Assembly: GCF_018977255.1 (NCBI RefSeq)
Contig: NW_024704742.1
Span: forward strand, 71,860,001 to 71,924,000
Direction of reading: 5' to 3'
DNA length: 64,000 nucleotides
DNA from: Callorhinchus milii
Lineage: Eukaryota
In this document: one piece after another, positions 50,405-61,680 of the stretch
Numbering within the stretch: the first letter of the stretch is position 1
Layout of the letters: each line of letters begins with the position of its first letter
The notes under the pieces: generated by a model
The model's database searches: none
The model's input: the letters and a program-made list of their open reading frames with translations, nothing else
What the model was told of the DNA's origin: nothing
Position numbers and translations under genes: made by a program

Positions 50405-51550
50405 GACAGAGAGAGAGAGCATTGAGAGAGAGAAAGAGAGAGCATTGAGAGGGAGAGATGGAAAGAGAGCAGTCAGAGAGAGAGAGAGAGCATTCAGGGA
50501 GAGAGAGTATTCAGATAGAGAGAGTATTCAGATAGAGAGCGAGTATTCAGAGAGAGAGAGAGCAGTCACAGAGAGAGTATTCAGATAGAGAGCGAGTATT
50601 CAGAGAGAGAGAGAGAGCACAGTCACACAGAGAGTATTCAGATAGAGAAAGTAATCAGAGAGAGAGAGCAATCAGAGAGAAAAGGTATTCAGATAGAGAG
50701 TATTTAAAGAGAGAGAGAGAGCAGTCAGGGAGAGAGCAGTCAGAGAGAGTATTCAGATAGAGAGAGAGTATTCAGAGAGAGAGAGCAGAGAGAGAGAGCA
50801 GTCAGAGAGAGAGAGAGAATTCAGATAAAGAGTATTCAGAGAGAGAGGGAGCAGTCAGAGAGAGAGAGAGAGAGAATTCAGATAAAGAGTATTCAGAGAG
50901 AGAGAGAGCAGTCAGAGAGAGAGAGAGAATTCAGATAAAGAGTATTCAGAGAGAGAGAGAGCAGTCAGAGAGAGAGAGAGAGAATTCAGATAAAGAGTAT
51001 TCAGAGAGAGAGAGAGCAGTCAGAGAGAGAGAGAGAATTCAGATAAAGAGTATTCAGAGAGAGAGGGAGCAGTCAGAGAGAGAGAGAGTATTCATATAAA
51101 GAGTATTCACAGACAGAGGGAGCAGTCAGAGAGAGAGAGAGAATTCAGATAAAGAGTATTCAGAGAGAGAGAGAGCAGTCAGAGAGAGAGAGAGAATTCA
51201 GATAAAGAGTATTCAGAGAGAGAGGGAGCAGTCAGAGAGAGAGAGAGAGAATTCAGATAAAGAGTATTCAGAGAGAGAGAGAGCAGTCAGAGAGAGATAG
51301 AGAATTCAGATAAAGAGTATTCAGAGAGAGAGGGAGCAGTCAGAGAGAGAGAGAGTATTCATATAAAGAGTATTCACAGACAGAGGGAGCAGTCAGAGAG
51401 AGAGAGAGAGAGTATTCAGAGGGAGAACGAATTCAGAGAGAGAGAGAGAGAAGTCAGATAGAGTGAGTATTGAGAGAGATCGAGAGTATTCAGAGGGAGA
51501 GAGAGCAGTCAGAGAGAGAGAGTATTGAGAAAGAAAGAGTATTCAGAGGG
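50405..51550 (+). repeat. GA-rich satellite, ~52-56 bp unit (gcagtc(ag)n aattcagataaagagtattc(ag)n), in Emx1 intron 2
   Basis: Visible tandem periodicity, homogeneous in 50800-51400. Confidence 0.93.
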
Positions 51551-51654
51551 AAAGGTGCCCCGTGTGTGTTGCTGTATAGCGACTGAACCCCTCACCTGAC
51601 ACTGAGTTGGGAGTAATGTCTTACATTCATTTTGTGTTGATGCAGAGTTCTGCA

Positions 51655-52160
51655 GTTGTCTATAATAATAATAATTTCTGAGACTGTCACCCAGGAATTA
51701 TTATTATTAGAGAACACTTAATATTATTCATGACCTCTATTGCAAAAAAATCATAAATGAAATGAGTTCTACAATAATAAGAATAAATATTTTGTCTAAC
51801 TATAATTTTTATTGAGAACTTTCCATTATTATTATTGCATTAGTATTATAATTCTGCAATCATAATAATGAAATGCGTTTTCAATCATAATCATTATAAT
51901 TAGACAAACATATTGATTATTAATTCAAAACTTGATTCATAGGCAAAAATATTTAATAATAATTATTATTGCAGGACTCATTTCATAGTTAGACAAAATA
52001 TTAATTAATATTATTACATAACTAATTTCGGAGACAAACGACTAATTATTATTGTAGAACTCATTTCACAATAAGACACAACTATTTATTATTATTGCAG
52101 AACTCATAGTTAAACAAAAATATGTATTATTATTGCAGAGCTCATTTGGTAGTTGGACAA
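51655..52160 (+). repeat. Diverged AT-rich tandem repeat, ~40-45 bp (attattattgcagaactcatttcatagttagacaaaatatt)
   Basis: Recurring attattgcagaactcat / agacaaa blocks. Confidence 0.7.
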
Positions 52161-54949
52161 AAAGTGAACTTTGTTTTACTTGTTCAGGATTTTAGTTGAG
52201 ATTTGTTTTATAAACTTCTGAAAGTTACAATATGTTTTCACGGCACAAACGGTCACTGTTTGTTTCGTTTATAATCTATTTATTTATCCTATTCTCCCCT
52301 CATTTTAGTGTTGGTTGTTTCTTCATTCAGAATTTTAAATAGATTTTTATTCATTTTAAATGGGTTTGACTCCTGAATCTCTTCCCTTTTTAATCTTAAC
52401 TCATTTATTATTTCCTTTTTCTTCTCTCCCTTTTTATTTTCGCGTACATTTACCGCACCTTAACCTTTTTAAAAACTTTTTTTAATTTCAATTTTATTTT
52501 ATTTTCTGATTTTTTCGCTTTTTTGTGAATCTTATTTATATAATTTCATTCACTAACCCTTTGTTTTTGTTTGTTCAATTTTCCCCTCTTTATTTTAAAT
52601 AAAATCTGATTAGTTTTTTAATTGAATTATTAAGCCAGAGAGTGAATATCTCTGCTTTCCATTTCTGATTGCATCCTTTTAAAAATTTAGATAACATTTG
52701 ATGCTATGATTTAAAATAATGCGAGCATTTCTGATAGCATTACTTTAAATCATAAAATAAAAATGATTTTATTTTTGGGGAACACTTCATTTTTAATTTA
52801 CTGAATGCTATTTTTTATAGCTTGTTTTATTTGAGTTTTGTATTCTAAATTTATAATAAAACAATAATAATAATAATAATTATGTTTCTTCCACAGCCAA
52901 TCCACTTCACGGTATATTCTGTGAAGCGCTTTGAGCCGTCTCAACAACACGATAAAGTGCTATATCAAATGCAAGGATTATTATCATTATTATTAATTTC
53001 TCATCGGGAGGACACCTCAAAGCACTTCATGGGATTTACTGTAAAGTGTATGACTGTATTTTGTAGGTGAAGATACCAACCAATTTGCACACAGGAACAA
53101 TCCCACAATCAGCTATGAATTGACTGATTTTATTATTTTTATTATAAAAATATATTATTATTATTTAATGTACTTGCCCTTTGTTTTAACTTTTGTATGT
53201 TTCTTTCNAAAAAAATCCAATTTGAATTTGAATCTGTTTATACTGATTTTCCCCATTATTTTGAAAGTATTTAATTACCCTTATTTAACCTTTGATTTAC
53301 ATTTATTTGGAATTCTCCCTTTTTAAATATTCACAAAATTTGACTGATTTGGAGTCTTATTTTATAAGATTTTCATTTTCGCTTATTTCTGGGTTTTTCC
53401 TCCTTTTTTAAAGATCCATAGAAATTGACAGCACAGAAGTCGGTCATTTAATAATAATCCTTGCATTTGATATAACGCCTTATCAGACGTCTCAAAATGA
53501 TTCACAGGATATACTATCAAGTGTATTTTGTGGGCAAATTGTGCCTGTGCTGGCTTCTTTAAGAGCAAATCTTTCAGTCCTATTTCCCTACCCTTTCCCC
53601 ACACACTTGTTGACTCCTTTTTAAGATATTTTTCTAATTCCCTTTTGAAAGCTAATATGGATTCCACCTCAACCATCGCTCCCGGCAGCACATTCCATAT
53701 CCTAACTACTCTGCGCTTAAGAAAAAAATCTCCTGAACTCCCCATTTGCTCATTTTCAAAATACCCAGTCAATCCACTTTACAATATATTCTGTGAAGCA
53801 CTTTGAGACGTCTCAACGACATGATAAGGCGGTATATCGACTATAAGGATTATTATTATAACTATTTTAAATTGATGCTCTCTAGTAACTAACTCAACAA
53901 ACAGATTTTAATTGTCTAAAACATATACCGTTTCAAATCTTGTTTTTAAATTGTTTTCACTTTAATTTATTCTGTTTTTTGCATTTGTTGTATTTTTTTC
54001 TTTAATTTGTTTAAAAGCAGTCTCTACACTTCATTAAATCCTGTGAAGTTTTTGAGATAATGTTACAAGTGATACTAATAATAATCCTTGCATTTGATCA
54101 TTTTGTAGAGACATCTCAAAGCGCTTCACAAAATATACTGTAAAGTTGATTGACTGTGTATTTTGTGGGGAAACGTGATAAGTGATTATACTAAATGAGA
54201 GGATTAATTGTTTGTATTTTTAAAAATAATTTGTCTTTTTATGACTCTTAATTTTAACCATTTTATTTTCATTTATTCTGATTTTCCCCCTTTTTTTCAA
54301 GGATCCTGATTCTGGATCTTATTGTTTAATCTTTTTTATTTTAATTTATTCTATTTCGTTCCCTGTTTTCTCATTCACCAAAGTCACTGCACTTTTCTTG
54401 ATGTATTGAGGCTGTATTAAATGCAAGGATTCTAATAATTATTATTAAATCGTTATTGAGACATCTCAAAGCGATTCATAGGATATACTGTAAAGTGAAT
54501 TGACTGTGTACTTTGTGGGTGAAACAATAAACAGAAACTTATTTTTTCTAGTACATTTACAGATTCTAAATATTATTTTACACCCTTTTAATTTTTGTTT
54601 ATTCTGATTTTCCCCCTTTTTATTTTCCAATAAATTTTACCAACTTATAAAATGTTATTTTATAGCTCCTTAATTTGCATTTAATGTGTTTTTTTAATGT
54701 GAGCGTTTCGCTCACAAAATACACAGTCAATACACTTTACAGTGTATCCTGTGAAGCATTTTGAAACATCTCAACGATGTGATAAAGCGCTATAAACAAT
54801 TCTAAGTAGTATTATTATTGTTTTCTCTGTTCCATTTTCTAATACTGTAAATTGACTAATTCTGAATTTTATTTTAGAACCTTTTTAGTGTGCATTATTC
54901 TGTAGGGAGGGGGTTTCTTTTAATTTGTGATTATTGTTCCAATAATCGT

Positions 54950-55345
54950 GGAGTCCTGTAGCATAGTGATTAGAGCACTCGCCTCGCAAGGGAGAAGACC
55001 TGGATTCAATTCTCGGGCAGACAAAGCAATGGGCAAGTTTCCTTACTCCACACGCCTCTGTTTACTTAGCAGTAAGTAGGAACCCGATTGTTAGTCGATT
55101 GATGGATTGCTTTCTGGGGTAATAAATCCCTCCAAGAAAATAATAATGATAATTTGGTCACTTAATCCATGACTGTTCTTGGGACATGACTGTTTGTGGG
55201 ACACTGCTGTGTGCAATTGGCTGCCGTGCCGTTTCACCCACAAAATATGCAGTCATTTCACTTTACAGTTTATTCCATGAAGCGTTTGAGACGTCTCAAC
55301 AATGTGATAAAGTGCTATATCAACAGCAAGAATTATTTATTATTG
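54950..55345 (+). mobile_element. SINE family A, full length (tRNA-Ala-like head, CORE-like block, Deu-like block, L2-type tail)
   Basis: A-box-like tagcatagtga, B-box-like ggattcaattc and anticodon-like loop tcgcaa. Carries a small internal duplication of catgactgtt...ggga. Confidence 0.88.
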
Positions 55346-55682
55346 TTATTTTATAACTTCTTAATTTGCATTTAGTGTGTTCTTTTTTCGCTTATATTTA
55401 TTTTCCTTTCTAATAAATTGACTGATTCTTAATTTTATTTTGGAATCTTTTTATTGTGAATTATTCTGGAGGGGTGGGGGGGATTTGGTCCTTTTAATTA
55501 TACATAATAGTAATAATAATAATCCTTGCATTTATATAGCATCCTTCACTCAGAGTACCATCCCACAGCGCTTGATATAAGACCTTATCACTGTAAAGTA
55601 GATTGAATTGTGTGCTGGAGATTGAGTAATTCAGTCCCAGTGAGGATGTGGTTAGAGGTATACTGTGTGTGTGTGTCTGTAC

Positions 55683-55867
55683 CTGGGTTTCGGACAGGCT
55701 CAGACTGCCCGCCAACTGTTTCCTCTCAGCTCCCACCACATAGTGATTTTTCTCAAACGCCTTTTCCAACCTCAGGAGCTGGGACGGGGAGAAGGCGGTG
55801 CGGATGCGTTTGGGTTTCCGAGCGAAAGGTCCATGTAAGAGCAGTGTTTCGTGAGTGGCATCACCCC
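55683..55867 (-). CDS. EMX1: Emx1 exon 2 ([62 protein letters not shown]), 185 nt, phase 1/0
   Basis: CT-rich tract + cag acceptor and cag|gtac donor on -. Emx homeodomain with the Emx1-type [11 protein letters not shown]. Confidence 0.97.
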
Positions 55868-57299
55868 CTGATACACAGAGAGAGAGAGAGAGGGAGAGGT
55901 CAGCAGCGGCTCAGATTATTAAATCGTGTTGGTTTAAAGCTCGGTGTATAACCTGCTATAAATTACTGGTTAGATCCCAGAGGCTCCCTATAGCTGGAAC
56001 TGAACACACCATTACTCGTTTGCTCTTCGCTCAATGATAATAATAATCCTTGCATTTGATATAGTGCTTCACAGAATATACTGTAAAATGAATTGGCTGT
56101 GTCTTATGTGGGAGAACCACGGCAGCCAATTGCACACAGCAGTGTCTCACAAACCGTTGTATTTATTTAATGATATTAGTTTCAATTCAAATGTTTCTCT
56201 TTCCCCCTTTACAGATTTCATTCTGTTATCAATTGCCACCGGCCGAGTGGAGCACTTGATAATCAAAAGAATCTTAGCATTTGAAATTGGGATTTCATGT
56301 CGGGAGGACATCTCAAAAGGCTTCACATAATTCACTGTCAAATGCAGTGACTACAATTGACAGGATCTTTAACGTCCACCTGAACAAGGCACAAATGGAG
56401 TGAGGTTTAACGTCTCATCTGAAGGACGGCATCTCTGACAATGAGGTGCTCTCTCTCCCCCCACAGCATTGGGCTGAAGCGTCACACACTGACACTTTAT
56501 AATATACAATGACATTTTCAATGGAGAGGAACCCTGAGGTTATTATAACTTTAACCTGAACCTTCTGGGTTTATTTAGTCAATTTTACGTAAAATTCAGC
56601 ACTCGCTTCACGGCTGTTTGTGAGGAAACTCACTGCCGCATTCACCTACACAGTCACTGCATTTCACAGTGAATCCGGTGAAGTGCTTTGAGATGTCCTT
56701 CTAAAGTAGAATGTTTTGTATGAGATGTAAACATTTTCATTATTCTATTTTTATTATTTTGATTATTATATTTATTATATGTGTTCCTGTGATTGTGTCT
56801 CTGATAGATAGAAATAGAGAGCTAAGTAGGTAGATAAAACCTCTCTCTCCCTTCTTCACTCTTACTGCCTTCTTTTCCTCCTTTCTACACCTCTCTCTCT
56901 CCCCCCTTCTCTCTCCTCTTTCCAGCGCCTTGGGACGTCCTCCCAACATGGTAGGTGCTAAATGAATGCAGTCTGTTGTTCCTCTCTCTCCTGTTCCCCT
57001 CTCTCCTACATCTCTGTCTCTCACACCTGTGTCGCTGATCTCTAACCACATCCAGTTGGGGTCAGACTGTGGGTGTAAAGCTCTTCATTGTTGGTTTCTT
57101 CCAAAATCTAACTGTTTAAACCAACTACAGGCGGTGAGAACTCACGTGTGTGGGTGATAATAATGATATAGTTTGATATAGCTCCTTATCACATCTTCAA
57201 GACGTCTCAAAGCGCATCGCAGAATGTACTTTAAGTGAATTGACCATATATTTTGTGGGCGAAACGTGATGTGTGCTTTGTGTGTGTTGTTGGGTGCTG

Positions 57300-58075
57300 T
57301 GTTTGGACTCTCTCTCTCAGTCTCTCTCACTCTCTGTCTCACTCTCTCTCTCAGTTTCACTCTCTCTGTCTCTCTCTAACCAGCCATTGCACACAGCGAA
57401 GAATAACCCTTTGATTACTCCCCACACCCCGCTCTCTCACTGTCTCCTCTGTCTCTCTATATATATAGAATTATATATACACCGTATATAATATGCAGTA
57501 TATATATATATCAGTCTCCTCTCTCTCAGTCTCTCTCTGTCTGAGCCTCTTTGTCTCAGTCGCTCTCAGTCTGTCTCTCTCCCTCTCTCGCTCTGTCTCT
57601 CTGACTGATTCGGATTGCAATCTCCATTGATTCTGTTTCTTCCTCTCTCTCCCTCCCTCTCTCTCTCTGTGTCTCCCTCTCTGGATTTCTCTGTCTCTCT
57701 CTCTCTGTGTCTCTCTGTCTCTGTGTGTGTGTGTGTCTCTCTGTCTCTGTGTGTGTGTGTCTGTGTCTCTCTGTTTCTCTCTGTGGGTGTGGGTGTCTCT
57801 CTCTCTGTCTCTGTTTCTGTGTGTGTGTGTGTCTCTCTCTCTCTGCCTCGCTCTCTCTCTCTCTGTGTCTCTGTGTGTGTGTGTGTCTCTCTGTCTCTGT
57901 TTCTCTCTGTGTGTCTCTCTCTCTGTGCCTCTCTCTCTCTCTCTGTCTGTGTGTGTGTCTCTCTCTGTCTCTGTGTGTGTGTGTCTCTCTCTCTCTGTGC
58001 CTCTCTCTCTCTGTCTGTGTGTGTGTATCTCTGTGTGTGCCTCTCTCTCTCTCTCTGTCTGTGTGTGTGTGTGTG

Positions 58076-58107
<32 letters not shown>

Positions 58108-58600
58108 TGTGTGTGTGTGTGTCTCTCTCTCTCTCTCTCTGTGCCTCTCTCTCTCTCTGTGTGTGTGTGTCTCTCTCTGTCTCTGTTTCTCTGTGTGTGC
58201 CTCTCTCTCTCTCTCTGTCTGTGTGTGGGTGTGTGTCTCTCTCTCTCTCTGTCTGTGCCTCTCTCTCTCTGTCTGTGTGTGTCTCTCTCTCTCTCTCTCT
58301 GTGCCTCTCTCTCTCTGTCTGTATGTGTGTGTGTCTCTCTCTGTCTCTGTTTCTCTGTGTGTGCCTCTCTCTCTCTCTGTGTGCCTGTATGTGTGTGTGT
58401 CTCTCTCTGTCTATGTTTCTGTGTGTGTGTCTCTCTCTCTCTGTGTGTGTCTCTCTCTGTCTCTGTTTCTCTGTGTGTGTGTGTCTCTCTCTCAGTGCCT
58501 CTCTCTCTCTCTCTCTCTGTCTGTATGTGTGTGTCTCTCTCTCTGTCTCTGTGTGGGTGTCTCTCTCTGTCTGTGTGTGGGTGTGTCTCTCTGTGTCTCA
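57300..58600 (+). repeat. Compound (CT)n/(GT)n microsatellite tract
   Basis: Direct inspection. The long ORFs here are low-complexity artefacts. Confidence 0.97.
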
Positions 58601-59289
58601 GTTTGAGTCGCTCTCCCTCGAGTTCACAAAATTGTTACAAAGATTGTTTGAAAAAATAGACAATCTGGAGAATAATTGCCAAACCTTCCAGACAAAAATA
58701 TATATAAAGAGAGAGAGAGAGAGACGGGCATACAGAGAGAGAGATACAGATTATTATTATATAGAGAGAGACACACAGACATACATAGAGATACAGATAT
58801 ACTGTGTGTATATATTATATAGAGAGAGACACACAGACATACAGAGAGAGATACTTATATACTGAGTGTATATATAATACTAATTGTTATATAGAGGGAC
58901 ACAAATATACAGAGAGAGAGACACAGATATACTGTGTGTATATATTATTATATAGAGGGACACACAGACATTCAGAGAGAGACACAGGTATACTGTGTAT
59001 ATATATAATACTAATTATTATTATTATTGTATACAGGGACACACACAGATATACAGACACGGGATTCCTCACGGTGGGCTGTGTGTGACTCACAAACAGG
59101 GCTATTAACCTGAATTACACTTATTATTTAATAACCTCCATCCTGAGTCACTCCTCCCTCTCCTGCCTCACCAATTTATTTTCTCTTTTTCACTCCTTCT
59201 CACACTCCTCTCTTTCACAGTCGCTCTCACCATCTCTACACGGTGACCCCCTCCTCACACAGCGGCACTTAGTTTGATCGTTTGAGACC

Positions 59290-59720
59290 CGGGAGGGAGG
59301 CAGAGAGGAGGGGAGAGAGGGGGAGAGAGGGGAGAGAGGGGGAGAGAGGAGGGGAGAGAGGGCAGAGAGGAGGGGAGAGAGGGGGAGGGAGGAGGGGAGA
59401 GAGGGGGAGAGAGGGGGAGAGAGGAGGGGAGAGAGGAGGGGAGAGAGGGCAGAGAGGAGGGGAGAGAGGGGGAGGGAGGGGGGGAGAGGGGGAGAGAGGA
59501 GGGGAGAGAGGGGGAGAGAGGAGGGGAGAGGGGGGAGAGAGGGCAGAGAGGAGGGAGGGGAGAGAGGAGGGCAGAGAGGAGGGGAGAGAGGAGAGAGGGA
59601 GGGAGGCAGTGAGAGAGATAGAGAGATCTGTCACACTCATACAGGGTGTGTAAGTGTGCAAGCTGAGAGAGGGAGGAGATAGAGAGGGGAGGAGAGAGAG
59701 AGAGAGAGAGGAGAGAGATT
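59290..59720 (+). repeat. Polypurine (G/A) tract upstream of Emx1 exon 1
   Basis: Almost pure G/A sequence. Confidence 0.95.
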
Positions 59721-59840
59721 CTAACACAGCTCACCTTAACTGCTGACAAACCAGATCAGAGACTGGTCAGCAGCTCAGTGCCAAGTGAAGGCTTTAAACC
59801 AGGTAAAAGATTCTTAACCGAGCCTGTGTGTGAGGGGTGG

Positions 59841-59875
<35 letters not shown>

Positions 59876-60003
59876 GGATGGAGCCAGACACACAGTGAAG
59901 TGACTGACATACAGTCACCTCTCTCTCTCTCTCTCTGCAGCCATGCTCTGAGCTGAGCTGATCTGATCTGATCTCATCAACACTCCGCTGACTTTATCAT
60001 CAA

Positions 60004-60040
<37 letters not shown>

Positions 60041-60269
60041 GCACATATATTTATATGTATTTTGTGGAGGAGGGGGGCGTTTTATTGCCAAGAAAAAAGT
60101 AAGTAACCCTAAGTGGATTTTTTTTTCCCCCCAAGGAATCAACAACAACAAAAAAATCTCTCTGGTGGGAGTTCAAATAAACTTTTTGCGTATATATCAT
60201 ATACAATTGTGTGTGTGTGTGTGTGTGTGTGTGTACACACCGTCTGTGCAATTATATATATTATATACT

Positions 60270-60313
<44 letters not shown>

Positions 60314-60641
60314 ATGTTCCAACCCACGGCTAAGAGATGTTTCACTATCGAGTCGCTGGTGGCGAAGGATATCCCCCTCTCCCTGGAGGACAGTGTCCGG
60401 GCACCGGCGGCTCTCGCCTATCCCACCGCTTCGGAGGCGTTCGGGAGCGGTTACCCGGCGGTGGGGAGGTCCCTGTATCCGCGCCCGGAGCTGCTGTTCC
60501 CGGAGGCGGTCAGTCAGCCCAGTCTGCCCGCCCCGCCGGACCCCCGCCTCCAGCACAGCTTCTTCACCCCTCAGCACTCCGACCCCCTGAACTTCTACCC
60601 CTGGGTCCTCAGGAACAGGTTCTTCGGGCACAGATTTCAAG
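60314..60641 (+). CDS. EMX1: Emx1 exon 1 (MFQPTAKRCFTIESLVAKD...LNFYPWVLRNRFFGHRFQ-G), 328 nt, phase 1; on the opposite strand to exons 2-3
   Basis: Contains the eh1-like FTIESLV motif, the FYPW hexapeptide and NRFFGHRFQ, with a caag|gtaaga donor. CpG-rich. The phase-1 end joins exon 2 in frame. Confidence 0.95.
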
Positions 60642-60719
60642 GTAAGACACGTCGTCCACACACACACACACACACTGTGTGCACATACACACACATATAC
60701 ACACGTGAATATACTGCAC

Positions 60720-61680
60720 AGAGAGAGAGGGAGAGGGAGGGGGGAGAGAGAGAGAGAGAGGGGTAGGAGGAGAGGGGTAGAGAGAGAGAGAGAGAGGGGT
60801 AGAGGGGTAGGAGGAGAGGGGTAGAGAGAGAGAGAGAGGGGTAGAGGGGTAGGAGGAGAGGGGTAGAGAGAGAGAGAGAGGGGTAGAGGGGTAGGAGGAG
60901 AGAGGGGTAGAGAGAGAGGGACACACAGGGAGACATAGATGGAGAGAGAATGAGAGGGAGAGAGGAAAGAGAGGGACAGAGAGAGAGAGAGCGAAAGAGA
61001 AAGAGAGAGGAAGACAGGAGAAGGGAGAGAGAGAAAGAGAGAAAGGAGAGAGAGAAAGAAGGAGAGAAATAGAAAGAGACAGAGCGTGAAATGGGAAGAG
61101 AGGAAACGAGAGGGTTTGGAGGAAAGAGGGGGTGAAAGAAAAAGAAGAGAAGAGAGAAGAGAGAGAGAGAGGGGGAAAGATGTATTAAAGCGTTCCCCGA
61201 AGGTACGCGAGAGCCCCGACTCTGTGCTCCAGAGAGAGCGGAATATCTTTCGCTATTAGCGATTCGATAGAGAAACATCTCTTAGCAGTTGGTGGGAACA
61301 TTATTCACACACATATATATATATATATAACTTTTTGTGTGTATATATATATGTCTAAATATATACAGCGCCTTGAGACGTCTTCCCGACGTGAAAACTT
61401 CTGTACAATTGTATTAATTTTAATACAAAAAAGAGAAAAGAAAAGAGGGAGAGAGAGAGGAGAGAGAGAGGGGAAAAGGACAAGGAGACAGCAGAAGGGA
61501 GAGTGGGAGGGAGAGAGAGAGAGAGAGAGGAAGGTAGAAGAAGGGAAAGAAAGAGTGAGTTGAGAGAGAGAAAGGAAGAAAGAGAAAAGGGAGGGATGGG
61601 AGAAAAAGAGAAGAAAAAGAAAAAGGGGCGAAAGAAAGAGAAGGAATGAGAGAGAGAGAGAGAGAGGAAGAAAGTACGAG
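60720..61680 (+). repeat. Polypurine tracts downstream of Emx1 exon 1, including a ~43-bp tandem unit
   Basis: Direct inspection. Confidence 0.9.

Noticed and set aside
54950..55025. tRNA-Ala gene (also at other SINE heads)
   Set aside because: No proper acceptor stem or terminator, and it runs into the SINE body.
57615..58865. Longest ORFs in the track (416, 310 and 299 aa)
   Set aside because: They are translations of the CT/GT microsatellite, open in all three frames with only S/L/C/V residues.
45497..60641. Assignment to Emx2 or Emx3
   Set aside because: [25 protein letters not shown] and the SFXN5 adjacency fit Emx1 better. A phylogeny would confirm.
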